A DNA stretch of 64,000 nt from Armatimonadota bacterium. GTDB taxonomy: Bacteria > Armatimonadota > HRBIN16. Below, piece after piece: positions 49,078 through 59,108 of this stretch. The translations under genes were made by a program, and so were the position numbers. Numbering within the stretch: position 1 is the first letter of the stretch; each line of letters begins with the position of its first letter. Under the pieces are notes generated by a model. It had not been told where the DNA came from. It did not search any database and saw nothing but the letters and a program-made list of their open reading frames with translations. The stretch lies in the NCBI GenBank assembly GCA_963677485.1, contig OY781964.1, positions 608,001 through 672,000 of the forward strand. Direction: 5' to 3'.

Positions 49078-49512
49078 GTGAGTAGTACGCTTATCAAATA
49101 TGGCAAGATGGCCCTGAAGCTTGGTACTTCGCCAGGCTCGCCAGTTCTCGGACTGACATCGGTGACCATGAAAGTGAATGCGTCCCTGATTGAAGTGGCA
49201 GATACGAGCCATGTCAACGCCGAGACAGACATGATAGAACCTGAAAACATCCCGTCGAAGGTCACTCATGAATTGAGCTGGGACGGTAATGCCTACGCAT
49301 CCAGCATGGGCGCGTTCGACATGGCCAAAAAATGCGAGACGGGTACCAGACTCCCCTTCGAGTTCGTGGCAGACAGTGATACCACGGAGAAGATGGTGGG
49401 TGTCATTGCGATCGAGAGCATAGAGATCGGCGCAACGTTGGACAAAACCGGTACCAGTAAGGGTAGTGGAAAGTCCAGCGGGCATGTGACCACCACGTCG
49501 GTGAGTGCTTAA
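49078..49512 (+). CDS. Major tail (tube) protein
   Basis: Size, beta-rich composition, position before the chaperone and tape measure. Confidence 0.6.
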   Translation: MSSTLIKYGKMALKLGTSPGSPVLGLTSVTMKVNASLIEVADTSHVNAETDMIEPENIPSKVTHELSWDGNAYASSMGAFDMAKKCETGTRLPFEFVADSDTTEKMVGVIAIESIEIGATLDKTGTSKGSGKSSGHVTTTSVSA

Positions 49513-49814
49513 TGAAGGTCACCATCAACGGCAAGACCTGGAATGAGCCGGTGCGAAACCGGCACCGTCGGACTGCGGAGCAGTTCTCCGGCATCAGTGT
49601 CACCAAGATCAAAGATGCTCCAGACGAAGCGACCTGTGCCTATGTCATCGGCACTGTGGCGGCGATCACCGGGTTATCGACCGACGAGGTCGATGATGCA
49701 CTCGACACCGCCCAGGAGCGTTCACGGCTGCTTATCGAGATCGTAGATGACACGATCGGCGACATCCCAATGGAAAGCACCGACGAGGGAAACGTCCACA
49801 GCGCAACACCCTAA
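49512..49814 (+). CDS. Tail assembly chaperone (gpG-like)
   Basis: Lies between tail tube and tape measure; slippery site near the 3' end. Confidence 0.75.
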   Translation: MKVTINGKTWNEPVRNRHRRTAEQFSGISVTKIKDAPDEATCAYVIGTVAAITGLSTDEVDDALDTAQERSRLLIEIVDDTIGDIPMESTDEGNVHSATP

Positions 49815-50026
49815 CCGACTGGGGTGAGGCGAAACGCCTCGCCTACGGGTTGTTGCGCTGGACACCCGACACCTTCTGGAATGCGACATGGGCTGACTTT
49901 GTCGATTCGGTTCATGCTGTGTACTGGTATGAGAAGCTCAAATACGGTGTTGTCGACAAGCCAAAACCGAACGAAGATGAAGAGCGTGAGATGAGGATAA
50001 TCATGGAGAGAATGAGTAATGCCTAG
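49787..50026 (+). CDS. -1 frameshift extension of tail chaperone (gpGT-like)
   Basis: G GGA AAC at 49787-49793; the -1 frame is open to TAG at 50024-50026 and encodes LLRWTPDTFWNATWADF. Confidence 0.85.
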   Translation, partial: GKRPQRNTLTDWGEAKRLAYGLLRWTPDTFWNATWADFVDSVHAVYWYEKLKYGVVDKPKPNEDEEREMRIIMERMSNA

Positions 50027-51578
50027 TGTAGGTGCCTATGAACTGGCGATCACTGCTAGTCTGCAGAGCTTCCAGAAGTCTATGAACGAGATGAAGAAGC
50101 AAGCTGAAGCCAACGGGCGGCTTGCAGAACGCTTGACGTCTATTCGTCCTGACACAAGAAGCATCAGCGAGGCTACCAGGAAGCTGCAGCAGATGCAGAA
50201 CGAGCAGGTTGAGCTTAAAAAGAAGATAGAACTGGCTCTGCAGTCCGGCGAGAAGGAGACCCTCAACGCACTGCGGAGCCAGTCGGCCAGCCTGCGAAAA
50301 GAGATATCCAATCAGGAGAAGGACCTGGCCATCGCCAAGGCTCAGAAGAACCAGAAGCTCGATAAGCTATCAAGTGTCTCCTCAAGCGTGCAAGCCCCTC
50401 TGGCTGCGGCAGTCGGTGCTGGACTATATGAGGCCAGCAAGATGGCTGACCAGGCTGAGAAGCTGATGAACCTTAAGGCGGCCACCGGGTTGACCACACA
50501 GACCCTCCAGGAGCTGCAGTTCGTGGCCTCTCAGAGTGGGTTGGAGTTCGAGCCCCTCATGAAGTCGGTCGAAAAGCTACAGAAGAACCTCGGCAACGGG
50601 GCTATCCAACAGCAGCTCAAAGGTATCGGCGTTTCGGTGCTAGACAGTAACGGCAAGTTCCGGGATATGAACAGTATATTCTCGGAGACCATCGGAGCGC
50701 TTGGTCAGATGCCGGAGGGTATCGAGCGCAACAACCTGGCCACAAAGCTGTTTGGTAAGTCGTCTGCCGAGATGGCCCCTATCATCGCCATGGGTGCCCA
50801 GGGGTTTACCAACCTGGCAACTGAAGCTCACAAAAGCGGGGCGGTGATGAATGACGAAGTGTTGGTCGCGGCTGCTAAGATGGACGAGAAGTTCGATGCG
50901 ATGAACGCGAAGCTGGCTGGTGTGAAGATGAAGTTCGGTGAGCTCGCTTTGTCGATCGCCGATGCCGTGATGCCTGCCCTTGATATGCTCATCGATATCG
51001 CCAAACCCATCATTGGTGTGCTTAGTTCCATGCCCAAACCGATCGCGGCGGGGGTGATCGGGTTCCTGGGTCTGGTGGCCGTCGCCGGGCCGGTGGCGAA
51101 GGGGATCATGGCCATCCGGAGTGCCTTTGACATGATGAGAAACAGTGCGATCATCGCCTGGGCTGCGGCCAACCCCGCTGCGGCTGGTGTGGCGTTGGCT
51201 GCCGTAGGTATCGCGGCTGCCGGGGTGGCCATATATAACAGCACTCACAAGAAAGAGAACTCGGATGTAGATAAGCAGTTGGCTGGTATAGGTGTTAAAT
51301 CCAACCTCGACAAGGTCAGAAAGTCAGCCGAAGCCACCATGAGTATGCCGGATATCCAACCAACAGCCCTGCCGAACTACAATATGCCGGACACATCAAA
51401 ACTATCTACCGCAGCAGCCAGTATCGCCGGAGCTCCACAGAGCATGAAGGCCCTGCAGGCATCCGGATCTCTACCAGGCAGCACTGAGCTTGTGGCTCAC
51501 GTACGTGACATAAAGGAAGCGGTGCTGCGTATCATGCGGGTGGTAGAGGCGAACCGTCTACCGGTGGTGACTGCCTAG
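50019..51578 (+). CDS. Tape measure protein (short, 519 aa)
   Basis: Ala-rich helical; TGLTTQTLQEL, LATKLFGKS; hydrophobic segments. Confidence 0.85.
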   Translation: MPSVGAYELAITASLQSFQKSMNEMKKQAEANGRLAERLTSIRPDTRSISEATRKLQQMQNEQVELKKKIELALQSGEKETLNALRSQSASLRKEISNQEKDLAIAKAQKNQKLDKLSSVSSSVQAPLAAAVGAGLYEASKMADQAEKLMNLKAATGLTTQTLQELQFVASQSGLEFEPLMKSVEKLQKNLGNGAIQQQLKGIGVSVLDSNGKFRDMNSIFSETIGALGQMPEGIERNNLATKLFGKSSAEMAPIIAMGAQGFTNLATEAHKSGAVMNDEVLVAAAKMDEKFDAMNAKLAGVKMKFGELALSIADAVMPALDMLIDIAKPIIGVLSSMPKPIAAGVIGFLGLVAVAGPVAKGIMAIRSAFDMMRNSAIIAWAAANPAAAGVALAAVGIAAAGVAIYNSTHKKENSDVDKQLAGIGVKSNLDKVRKSAEATMSMPDIQPTALPNYNMPDTSKLSTAAASIAGAPQSMKALQASGSLPGSTELVAHVRDIKEAVLRIMRVVEANRLPVVTA

Positions 51579-52450
51579 TGTTTGCCGAGGATATTGCCAG
51601 CCGTAATGTGGAAGTCAGCGGTGACGGTCTCACCGCGCTGCGCAGTTGGACGGTGCTATGGGATGAGATAGAGCCCGATTATGACCCGTATATGCGCGGC
51701 TTTCCGGTCAAGGGTGACGGGTGGCCGGACATGCCTATCTTGCGGATCGTCAACTTGTCACACAGGCAGATCGCGCAAACCGCCGAGGGCATGATAGCCC
51801 GCATCACTGCCCAGTATAGCACCAGCCAGGACCTTAAAGAGAATGCCGAAGAGTGGGTTGAGGAGAACCTGCGAGGCCGTCTTGAGAGCGGCCAGAAGCT
51901 CATTGGCTGGACGTGGGAGACCGCCAGCACCAAGGTGACGCAGGATGTTTCCATGCCAGAATTTAGCGGTGACCTGCAGTTAACCATGCGTCAGGTAGTG
52001 GACCGGTCTGCGATGCTCATGGCCTGTATCGGCTGTATCAATGACCGTGTATTCCGGGGGGTGAATGTCGGTCGGCTGCTGCTTCAGGACGTCTCGCAGG
52101 ACACCAAGTATGACCCGTTCACAGGCGCATTCGAATACAGCAAAGTGATCTTCACCTTCGGGATGCGAAAACGCAACTGGAATGAGGAGTGGCGTGAACC
52201 ACTGCAAGCCAGAACCGCCGCTGGACGCGAGCGGTTCTGGCAAGACAAGGACGCGGGTAAGGATGACTACACCACCGACCAGACATTGATCGGCACGCCA
52301 GTCTACGTGGCTGGCCCTGCTGGTGAGGGGGCGTGGGACACACCGATCGGTCCGGAGACCGTGAAGAAGTACGCAGCGGTGGACATGGCCACGCTGCTTG
52401 GTATACCGGTCAAGGCGGGAGATGATCCGCCTGGCGAGTTGCCAGAATGA
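51578..52450 (+). CDS. Distal-tail-position hypothetical protein
   Basis: Coupled to the tape measure gene. Confidence 0.55.
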   Translation: MFAEDIASRNVEVSGDGLTALRSWTVLWDEIEPDYDPYMRGFPVKGDGWPDMPILRIVNLSHRQIAQTAEGMIARITAQYSTSQDLKENAEEWVEENLRGRLESGQKLIGWTWETASTKVTQDVSMPEFSGDLQLTMRQVVDRSAMLMACIGCINDRVFRGVNVGRLLLQDVSQDTKYDPFTGAFEYSKVIFTFGMRKRNWNEEWREPLQARTAAGRERFWQDKDAGKDDYTTDQTLIGTPVYVAGPAGEGAWDTPIGPETVKKYAAVDMATLLGIPVKAGDDPPGELPE

Positions 52451-52896
52451 TAGCCAGCCGTAAACGCCCAGGGGAGCAAGTGACCTGGGCGGACTATAAT
52501 GCGCTGCTCGACATGCTGGAGAGCCTGCTTGTGGTGCCGGGTAACGGCATTCAGGTGAGCCGCAGCCCTCGCGGTCAGATGGTCAGTGCCACCGCCCCAT
52601 CGAGGGGTGGCTCCGGGGTGAGTGTCCCAGAGGCGGACGGACCGATCGTAGAGCTCGGTCATGTTCAGGGAACCAGGGACACCGACACATGGACCGCCAA
52701 CCAGGGGCACGGCGTGCGAGTATTCCTGGCCACCGACATTCAGTATTCCGAGGAGACTGGTAAGTTCGAGTTCAGACCGCGTCCGGCGGAGATTACCGAA
52801 TCAGGACGTTTCCGGTTTATCGGTGCTGAAGATGACCCGGCAGTGTTGATCACCACCACTGAGGAGTGTAAGTCGCAGCCTGAGACGCCAGCATGA
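52447..52896 (+). CDS. Hypothetical tail protein
   Basis: ATGA coupling on both sides. Confidence 0.55.
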   Translation: MIASRKRPGEQVTWADYNALLDMLESLLVVPGNGIQVSRSPRGQMVSATAPSRGGSGVSVPEADGPIVELGHVQGTRDTDTWTANQGHGVRVFLATDIQYSEETGKFEFRPRPAEITESGRFRFIGAEDDPAVLITTTEECKSQPETPA

Positions 52897-55721
52897 TAAA
52901 GATCGATGAACAGACCGTCACCTGGACCATTCAGTTCTACCACGCGGCGAAGATCGAGGTCTACAGGGATAACTTCATGCCGTTCCTGCACTCCCGCATC
53001 ACCGCCAATGGGTCGCTGTCGGCCACCATTCCGCTTTCTGTGGGTGCTTTTTCGGTTGGTGCTATCACGGCGGGAGCATACCCGGATGTGAGCTGGCCAC
53101 ATACTGACCAGTTGCCATTCGACTACACCCTGACCTACCCGAGCGGACAACCAGCACCGGCGGAGTGGGCCACGATGAGCATCCGGTTCGGGCTCCCGGA
53201 GGGTGTCCATACCCAGCCCCACGCAGGCTCGCTGACGTTCAGGGCGCCCTGTGATGTAATGGCGGACATGCTGACCATGGGCGAGGGTGACGGTGCGGGT
53301 TTTGTGGGCTTCCATCACCGGGGCTTTCAGAGGGACACCCCAGACCGCACCAAGTGCAGGCTGTGGCTTCGTCTGCGGGAACTGGCCACCTGGACGCTTG
53401 TCACCAACATCGGCACCTATACCGGCACCTGCGGATCGGTGGGAGCGGATCTACCCAACGAGCTGCACGCCAGTGCGACGGTGACCGCGATCGCAGGCAC
53501 ACAGACCGCCGAGGGGCGGGTGAATATCATCTGCTCGAACGGCAGTTACCGCTGCGACGGTGCATCACCTACCTGGAGTTATAGCGGCGGAACCTGCAGT
53601 GGGGAGCTGGGTGACGGCCACCTTGTGGGCAGAGCCACACCGACCAGCGGTGGCGCAAGTATGACCACAGCCATGGCGGGCGGGTGGCACCTGAGCCGTG
53701 AGGCGTCCATCACCTGTGCGGTGCTCAACCCGTCCGGAGGCGGGATACCTTCGGAGCTTGCGGTCAGTAGACACGGCAACGACACCGCCCTACCCATCGT
53801 CACAGCCACTGACGGCTACTATGAGGAGGGCATCACGCAGCGGATGTGGTTCTGGAGTTTCAACGCTAGCAGCGGGACGGGTAGTTTTTCGGACGGCGGC
53901 ACCTGGTCGAACTGGGGAGATCTGTCGGTCGGGCTGAACCCGGTATGGAGCCTGGCTAACGAATACCACGATCTACCGGAGGATTGGAGCGACTACCTAC
54001 CTTACCGCACCTGGCAGGATAACCGGATGCTGATGCACCTGTGGGCGGTCGATGGCCCGACGCTTTCGCACGCCGCCATGAGCTCGCTTGGCTTAGGCTG
54101 GGCGGAGGGCGGCTATACTCTGGCATCTGGTGCCTGGGTCTCTGGGGGTGCGCTCACCTGCGGGCGCTGGACGGTCATACATGGCAGCCTTGATCCGGAC
54201 GGGTTGGTGGCTCGCATCACGCCGGACACCGGGACGGTGGCCATGACCTTGCGCCGCACGCTGGAGTGGGACACCGAGCAGCTTGGCGAGAACCCAAGCC
54301 GTCCCCCACGGCCCACATTCGCAGGATACCGCTATCTGCGGATATGCTTAAGGCGTGACCGCACACCCCAGCCGCTCGATACAGTAACGGTGCGGATCAA
54401 GCAGGATAACCTGGCCGCACTCTACCCGGACCCCACCACGATGACATGGGAGAACCCGAGCCTGGCGGTGAAGACATGGACCACGAAGGTGAAGGCGGAT
54501 GGCACGATAGAGATAGACCTGGCCAGGCCGGACATCACCGGGCTTGTGTCAGAAGGAGGGAACCCGCCACCGACCGGCAACCATGGCGAGCTCGCGCGGC
54601 CAAACACCCTGAGCCGGTGGCCACAGCCGGTTTTGGACGGCACGCTCAGCGGTGTAACCCTTCCGGAGTGGTTGGAGGTTGAGGTACCGACCACCGACGG
54701 TGACGACTGGATACTGGGCAGCGTGGAGCTGTTTCGAAAGTCGGAGCCGCTAGTGTGGCTGCTCCCCCCACTCAACCAGTGGATTCGCGAGGAGCGGTAT
54801 GACCTGCTCAACGAAGAGGACACCACCCAGCGTAAGCACTGGCGAAGGCGTCTGCTGCTTGGTGTGTGCGATGGTCTGCCGAACTTGGAGGGGTTTGATA
54901 TAGTCCGCACCTCGTCGCACCTGGTCAGCGAGGAGCTCGGCGAATTTGATATCTTCGCCTGGGAGCTTAAAAGCGTGGCCGGTGTGGCGGTGCAGGTGGT
55001 CGAGGAGCATGAGTTTAACCTCTGGCAGTTTGGTGTTCCGGACGTTCCAGTGGGGGTTCTGCGACGCTGGCCAGGTTGGAGCGTGAGCATCCCGACCCCA
55101 GCGGCGGGCAGCGTATATGAGTGGGTGTTGGCTGGCTCCGGCTGCCGGTGGGGTGGCCACGGCGTGATCTGGACCGCCAGCCCACAGGTGCAGTCATGTT
55201 TGGGCCTTGGCGGTACGAAGGTGCAGTCACTGGTGGACGCGATAGACTGGTTCGCAGGGGTGCATGACCCGTTCAACCTGGGTGATGACGACCTGGTGCT
55301 GCGTGTGGCCACGGTGCTGCATGGCAGTGCTATCGGGGCAGGGCTTGCGAATGACACGGTGGAGTTGAAGGCGGGTGAGACGCTGGTGCAGAGTGTGGCC
55401 ACCGGCACCAACGGCGCCCTGCTGGCCATGAACCCGGGCGGTAAGCACTACCTGGACCACTCGCTGTTACGTGACGGCCAGGAGCTGGTGAGTTGGACCG
55501 GTGAGGGCTGTAGTTGGGATTTCCGGCCGTCGCTTACAGCTTCGCAGGTCTACCCGTGTCTTGAGGCTCCGCTCTGGTGGCACAGCCGCGGGCTGCATGT
55601 GGCGCACTGGGCGAAGTGGTTCGGTCCGCTGGTGCTGCGGCGCAACAAGCAGGGTAAGCTGCTCTGCCAGAAGCGCAGCCTACCCGGCGGGGGTAGGTGC
55701 GTCAGGTGCCGTCAGGGGTAG
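52893..55721 (+). CDS. Large tail-tip/minor tail protein, no recognised family
   Basis: 942 aa, Trp/Gly/Thr-rich, last gene of the late operon. Confidence 0.55.
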   Translation: MIKIDEQTVTWTIQFYHAAKIEVYRDNFMPFLHSRITANGSLSATIPLSVGAFSVGAITAGAYPDVSWPHTDQLPFDYTLTYPSGQPAPAEWATMSIRFGLPEGVHTQPHAGSLTFRAPCDVMADMLTMGEGDGAGFVGFHHRGFQRDTPDRTKCRLWLRLRELATWTLVTNIGTYTGTCGSVGADLPNELHASATVTAIAGTQTAEGRVNIICSNGSYRCDGASPTWSYSGGTCSGELGDGHLVGRATPTSGGASMTTAMAGGWHLSREASITCAVLNPSGGGIPSELAVSRHGNDTALPIVTATDGYYEEGITQRMWFWSFNASSGTGSFSDGGTWSNWGDLSVGLNPVWSLANEYHDLPEDWSDYLPYRTWQDNRMLMHLWAVDGPTLSHAAMSSLGLGWAEGGYTLASGAWVSGGALTCGRWTVIHGSLDPDGLVARITPDTGTVAMTLRRTLEWDTEQLGENPSRPPRPTFAGYRYLRICLRRDRTPQPLDTVTVRIKQDNLAALYPDPTTMTWENPSLAVKTWTTKVKADGTIEIDLARPDITGLVSEGGNPPPTGNHGELARPNTLSRWPQPVLDGTLSGVTLPEWLEVEVPTTDGDDWILGSVELFRKSEPLVWLLPPLNQWIREERYDLLNEEDTTQRKHWRRRLLLGVCDGLPNLEGFDIVRTSSHLVSEELGEFDIFAWELKSVAGVAVQVVEEHEFNLWQFGVPDVPVGVLRRWPGWSVSIPTPAAGSVYEWVLAGSGCRWGGHGVIWTASPQVQSCLGLGGTKVQSLVDAIDWFAGVHDPFNLGDDDLVLRVATVLHGSAIGAGLANDTVELKAGETLVQSVATGTNGALLAMNPGGKHYLDHSLLRDGQELVSWTGEGCSWDFRPSLTASQVYPCLEAPLWWHSRGLHVAHWAKWFGPLVLRRNKQGKLLCQKRSLPGGGRCVRCRQG

Positions 55722-55750
55722 TTGACAAGTAGAACTATATAGGCTATAGT
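55722..55750 (+). promoter_or_regulatory. Near-consensus sigma-70 promoter with no downstream ORF
   Basis: TTGACA-17 bp-TATAGT. Confidence 0.7.
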
Positions 55751-55756
55751 TTATTC

Positions 55757-55829
55757 AGTGTGCAAGCGTGATACTCCAATCACACGCGTGCTACAGAGGC
55801 CGGTAACTGATATGTCAGTCACCGGCCTC
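55757..55829 (+). ncRNA. Candidate two-hairpin small RNA
   Basis: Imperfect stem with ACTCCA loop, then GAGGCCGGTAACTGA-tatg-TCAGTCACCGGCCTC, directly after the promoter. Confidence 0.4.
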
Positions 55830-55850
55830 GAGTTGATTTCAGGGGCGGTG

Positions 55851-56372
55851 CTAGGCGAATGAGCGTGATGCACTATTTCCAGTAAGGTTAGATATCATCT
55901 TAGTCAGGGTGGCTATTTCACTTACTATTATTCGCTGTTTAAGTGTCTGCCTTCTTTCTTCTGATGGGTTTTCAATCTTGAATGAAATCCAGACTTTCAC
56001 AAACTCCGTAATGATGTATATTGACCCAAGCGCAGTGACAAGTAATAATGCCCTGGTCATTAGGTCCCCTTTGAGAATCAACCTAGTCAATCTATCCTTG
56101 CCAAGTTTTTCAGTGATGGTAGTGAGAAGCAAGAATGTAAATTGTTTGCTGTTTTTGCATTTTAACATAACGGAGCTGAACTGTTTCATGGCTAAGTCAA
56201 ACTCGCGTTCATCTTTTCCTGTGCTTGCATGACCAAGACCCAGCATACCGACGAACGCCCATTTTTGTAAAATCAACCATAAAGCCACTACTAATTTGAT
56301 CGCCAAAATAGGGATACCTATGATCAATACGAGAGTAGCAATAACTATCATGAACGTAGTGGTTCCTATCAT
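55851..56372 (-). CDS. Low-GC hypothetical membrane protein (moron)
   Basis: Hydrophobic segments; RBS GGAGG; overlaps the upstream gene. Confidence 0.6.
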   Translation of the reverse strand: MIGTTTFMIVIATLVLIIGIPILAIKLVVALWLILQKWAFVGMLGLGHASTGKDEREFDLAMKQFSSVMLKCKNSKQFTFLLLTTITEKLGKDRLTRLILKGDLMTRALLLVTALGSIYIITEFVKVWISFKIENPSEERRQTLKQRIIVSEIATLTKMISNLTGNSASRSFA

Positions 56373-56770
56373 TTCTGACCTCCCTTGTTCATGGATACAT
56401 TGTTATCCGCTTTTGTTATGATCGCCTTGTTGACTACTGATGAAGCAATATAGATTGCTCCCAGTAATATTATGACTACTATAGTCGAGTAAATACAAAA
56501 CGCGGCCGCTTGTAACGGGGTTAACCTTTTAGCTATAGAGGTCTCTAGTTCAAAGAATTTATCAACAATATGAATAGGAACCTTCATATCATTGGCTAAT
56601 GCTAATGTAATGATGACTGCAGCAGCAACCACTTTGGAAAGGAAATAGAACCCCTGCTTGTATATTTTGACCGTGTTATCTGATTTTACTTTTTCGAGCT
56701 CTGTTTTCGTTAATGGAGTATTTATCGGATGGTATTTGTTTCGCCACTGATCTTCTGTATGCTTAGCCAA
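56369..56770 (-). CDS. Low-GC 2-TM hypothetical protein (moron)
   Basis: TTG start after GGTGA; two hydrophobic segments. Confidence 0.55.
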   Translation of the reverse strand: MAKHTEDQWRNKYHPINTPLTKTELEKVKSDNTVKIYKQGFYFLSKVVAAAVIITLALANDMKVPIHIVDKFFELETSIAKRLTPLQAAAFCIYSTIVVIILLGAIYIASSVVNKAIITKADNNVSMNKGGQK

Positions 56771-56870
56771 TGTGTATCACCATAGCGTTAATGGCCATAT
56801 CTGTTATACAATCTCCAATCATGATAGTTAGTTACTTGCTATCTGGGGCATCTAGGCACGGCGCACCTGT

Positions 56871-57451
56871 CTATTGCCCACTTCCCCAGCTGCTAGATGG
56901 TTGAGGTTGGGCCGGTTGCTCTACAGGTGCGGGCTGCGGCTGGGCTTGTTGCTGCTGCGCTTCAAGCAGGCGTTGCGCATTCGCGGCCTCTGCTTCGGCT
57001 TCACGTTGGGCTTGTTCGGCATCGGCCAATCCTTTGTTCGTTTGTTCGTCAATCTGCTTTAACGAGTTGGTGATCTGATCCGTCACCTGCCGTATAACTT
57101 TGGCGTCCTCAGTATCCCATGACACCATCTTCCACTTGTTGGCACCCTCACACTTGATGACCATCTCAAAGCGGGTGCGGACAGGCACTCCCATGCCATT
57201 CATCGAATCAACATAACCCTTTACGTAGTAGGTGGTATCTTTGCGGTTTTCAATTTCGACGCCACGTTCGCCCAGTTGGGATATATAGCTGTGGTAGGGC
57301 TGAGCAGCACATCGTTGACCATTACCTGGGTTTGCTTCCAGATGTCTTTGTTTGACACGTTTTTGGTGTTGAACGCGGTGAGACCATTGTAAGTGACGAC
57401 CATGAATACGACCACGATAACGAGGCCGATGATGGGCATGATGAATCTCAT
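56871..57451 (-). pseudogene. Membrane-anchored phage protein split by a 1-nt frameshift
   Basis: MRFIMPIIG...LLSPTTAIYPNW continues in another frame as GERGV...VKGYVDSMNGMGVPVRTRF; one extra G at 57271-57273 would fuse them. Confidence 0.7.
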
Positions 57452-57593
57452 ATTCTCGCTCCGTTAAAGGTGTAGATCGTATCGCCGTTACCTTCGCCAC
57501 GCTGCAGAGGGAATTCTTCTTTTACAACCCGTCATTACCGACGCTAGTCGAAACGCCCACGCCGATCACCGAGTTGCCGTCGGCCATAGTAGC

Positions 57594-58151
57594 TTATGGT
57601 TCAAGTATCTTCTTTTTTGCTATCTCGAACTCATCACGAGTCAAGAAGCCTTGTTGCACCATGTCTACCAGACGTTGAAGCTCATCACCGATATTTGGTT
57701 GGAGAACCGGCTCGGTATCCTGCTGACCGGACACTATACGGCTGGTATTTATTCGTTCGCGAATCATGCTGGCAACTACTGGCATAACTGCTTTATGTGG
57801 TGTTGAAAATGTCAATGCGTTTTCTGATTGTGCCATCTGAATTGATTCGGTACTACTCAATTCCCTACTACCAGGTACTGTTATCTGGATATGACCACCG
57901 AGTAACGATACCCTCAGGTCAACTGATGTTATGTGTTCGAACTGGAATGATTTCAGGGATGCCCCAAATGCACCTCCAGTGGAACCAAAACCGGACTTAA
58001 TGATGATGACCCGTTTATCTGTGACGACCAATGCTTGGCCTGGTAGAGGTTGTAACATCACATCGATTCTCTCATCACCTGGCACATTATCATTGAATGC
58101 CTGTAAAATCTTTCCTGTTAACTTTTCATGGAGTTTTACTTCATTTGCCAT
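57594..58151 (-). CDS. Bacterial PH-domain protein with C-terminal SHOCT
   Basis: LVVTDKRVIIIK...ITSVD; ELQRLVDMVQQGFLTRDEFEIAKKKIL. Confidence 0.8.
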   Translation of the reverse strand: MANEVKLHEKLTGKILQAFNDNVPGDERIDVMLQPLPGQALVVTDKRVIIIKSGFGSTGGAFGASLKSFQFEHITSVDLRVSLLGGHIQITVPGSRELSSTESIQMAQSENALTFSTPHKAVMPVVASMIRERINTSRIVSGQQDTEPVLQPNIGDELQRLVDMVQQGFLTRDEFEIAKKKILEP

Positions 58152-58188
58152 GATCCATACATCCTTTCGTATTGCATATATACTACCT

Positions 58189-58449
58189 CTACGGGCTGCA
58201 AATGCTGCACGCACAATACCCGTTCTTGATGGCCGATGCTTTGCTGATGACAATTTGGCTCTGTCTTAAGTAACGACCCCCATCCTTGTGGTGGAACACT
58301 CCTGTGCGAGTGATATACACCGTCACCGTCTGCTTCTTCAGCAAGGCTGTTGGTGTATTCATGCTCGTCTGGGCATTGGGACATGGAGTGAACTGAGCAA
58401 TGCTCAGCACCATCACAAGAACGGCGACTAGACGGGTAACGTGTTTCAT
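58189..58449 (-). CDS. Small secreted protein with metal-binding (Ada-like/ComEC-tail) domain
   Basis: Signal peptide; VYITRTG..HH...L..S...A...GY.AC..C.P. Confidence 0.65.
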   Translation of the reverse strand: MKHVTRLVAVLVMVLSIAQFTPCPNAQTSMNTPTALLKKQTVTVYITRTGVFHHKDGGRYLRQSQIVISKASAIKNGYCACSICSP

Positions 58450-58592
58450 GACAGCACTCCTCGGAAAAAGATTGTCGGTGAACTACCCAGTGACTTGGAT
58501 TTCACCATTGGACAAGCGGATTCCTTCTATATAATGAACGAAGCGGAATATCCACAATAAATCAGGTTCACATACAGACTGGCGATGAAAAG

Positions 58593-59108
58593 TCAATGGA
58601 AAGCATCTCTACTGATACGATAAAATACGTCCGTACGTCCGTGAAATTCATGTAAGCCAATGCAAGTCATCCCAATATTCTCAAGGGCTTTCATAGAAGC
58701 CTTGTTATCGGGGTTTGCCATACCGTAGATGCAAGTTATGTCAGTAGCTTCAAAAGCTCCACGGATAGCAGCCCTTCCGACTTCAGTTGCGTAGCCATTT
58801 CCCCAAAAAGGTACGCCGAACTGCCACTCCAACTCTGGTTGCTTGGGTAGATATCGGTTAAGGCCTGTAATGCCAACCAATTGCTTAGTTTCTTTAAGAA
58901 TACAGGCTCCATGAAACCAATCAAGCGTTTGGAAGTTACTGTCCAGCATGAATTGTATATATTTTTCTACATGCTCTAGAGACCAAGGATTGTTTCCTGT
59001 GTATGTATGGACTCTACTGTCAGACATTATGTCTAAAAGTGCTGGAATGTCATCTCGAACCCACTGCCTCACAATCAGTCTATCAGTTTCAAAATATCGA
59101 TGCGGCAT
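58593..59108 (-). CDS. GNAT acetyltransferase, RimJ/RimL-like
   Basis: ETDRLIVR, FWGNGYATE, PDNKASMKALENIGM. Confidence 0.88.
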   Translation of the reverse strand: MPHRYFETDRLIVRQWVRDDIPALLDIMSDSRVHTYTGNNPWSLEHVEKYIQFMLDSNFQTLDWFHGACILKETKQLVGITGLNRYLPKQPELEWQFGVPFWGNGYATEVGRAAIRGAFEATDITCIYGMANPDNKASMKALENIGMTCIGLHEFHGRTDVFYRISRDAFH

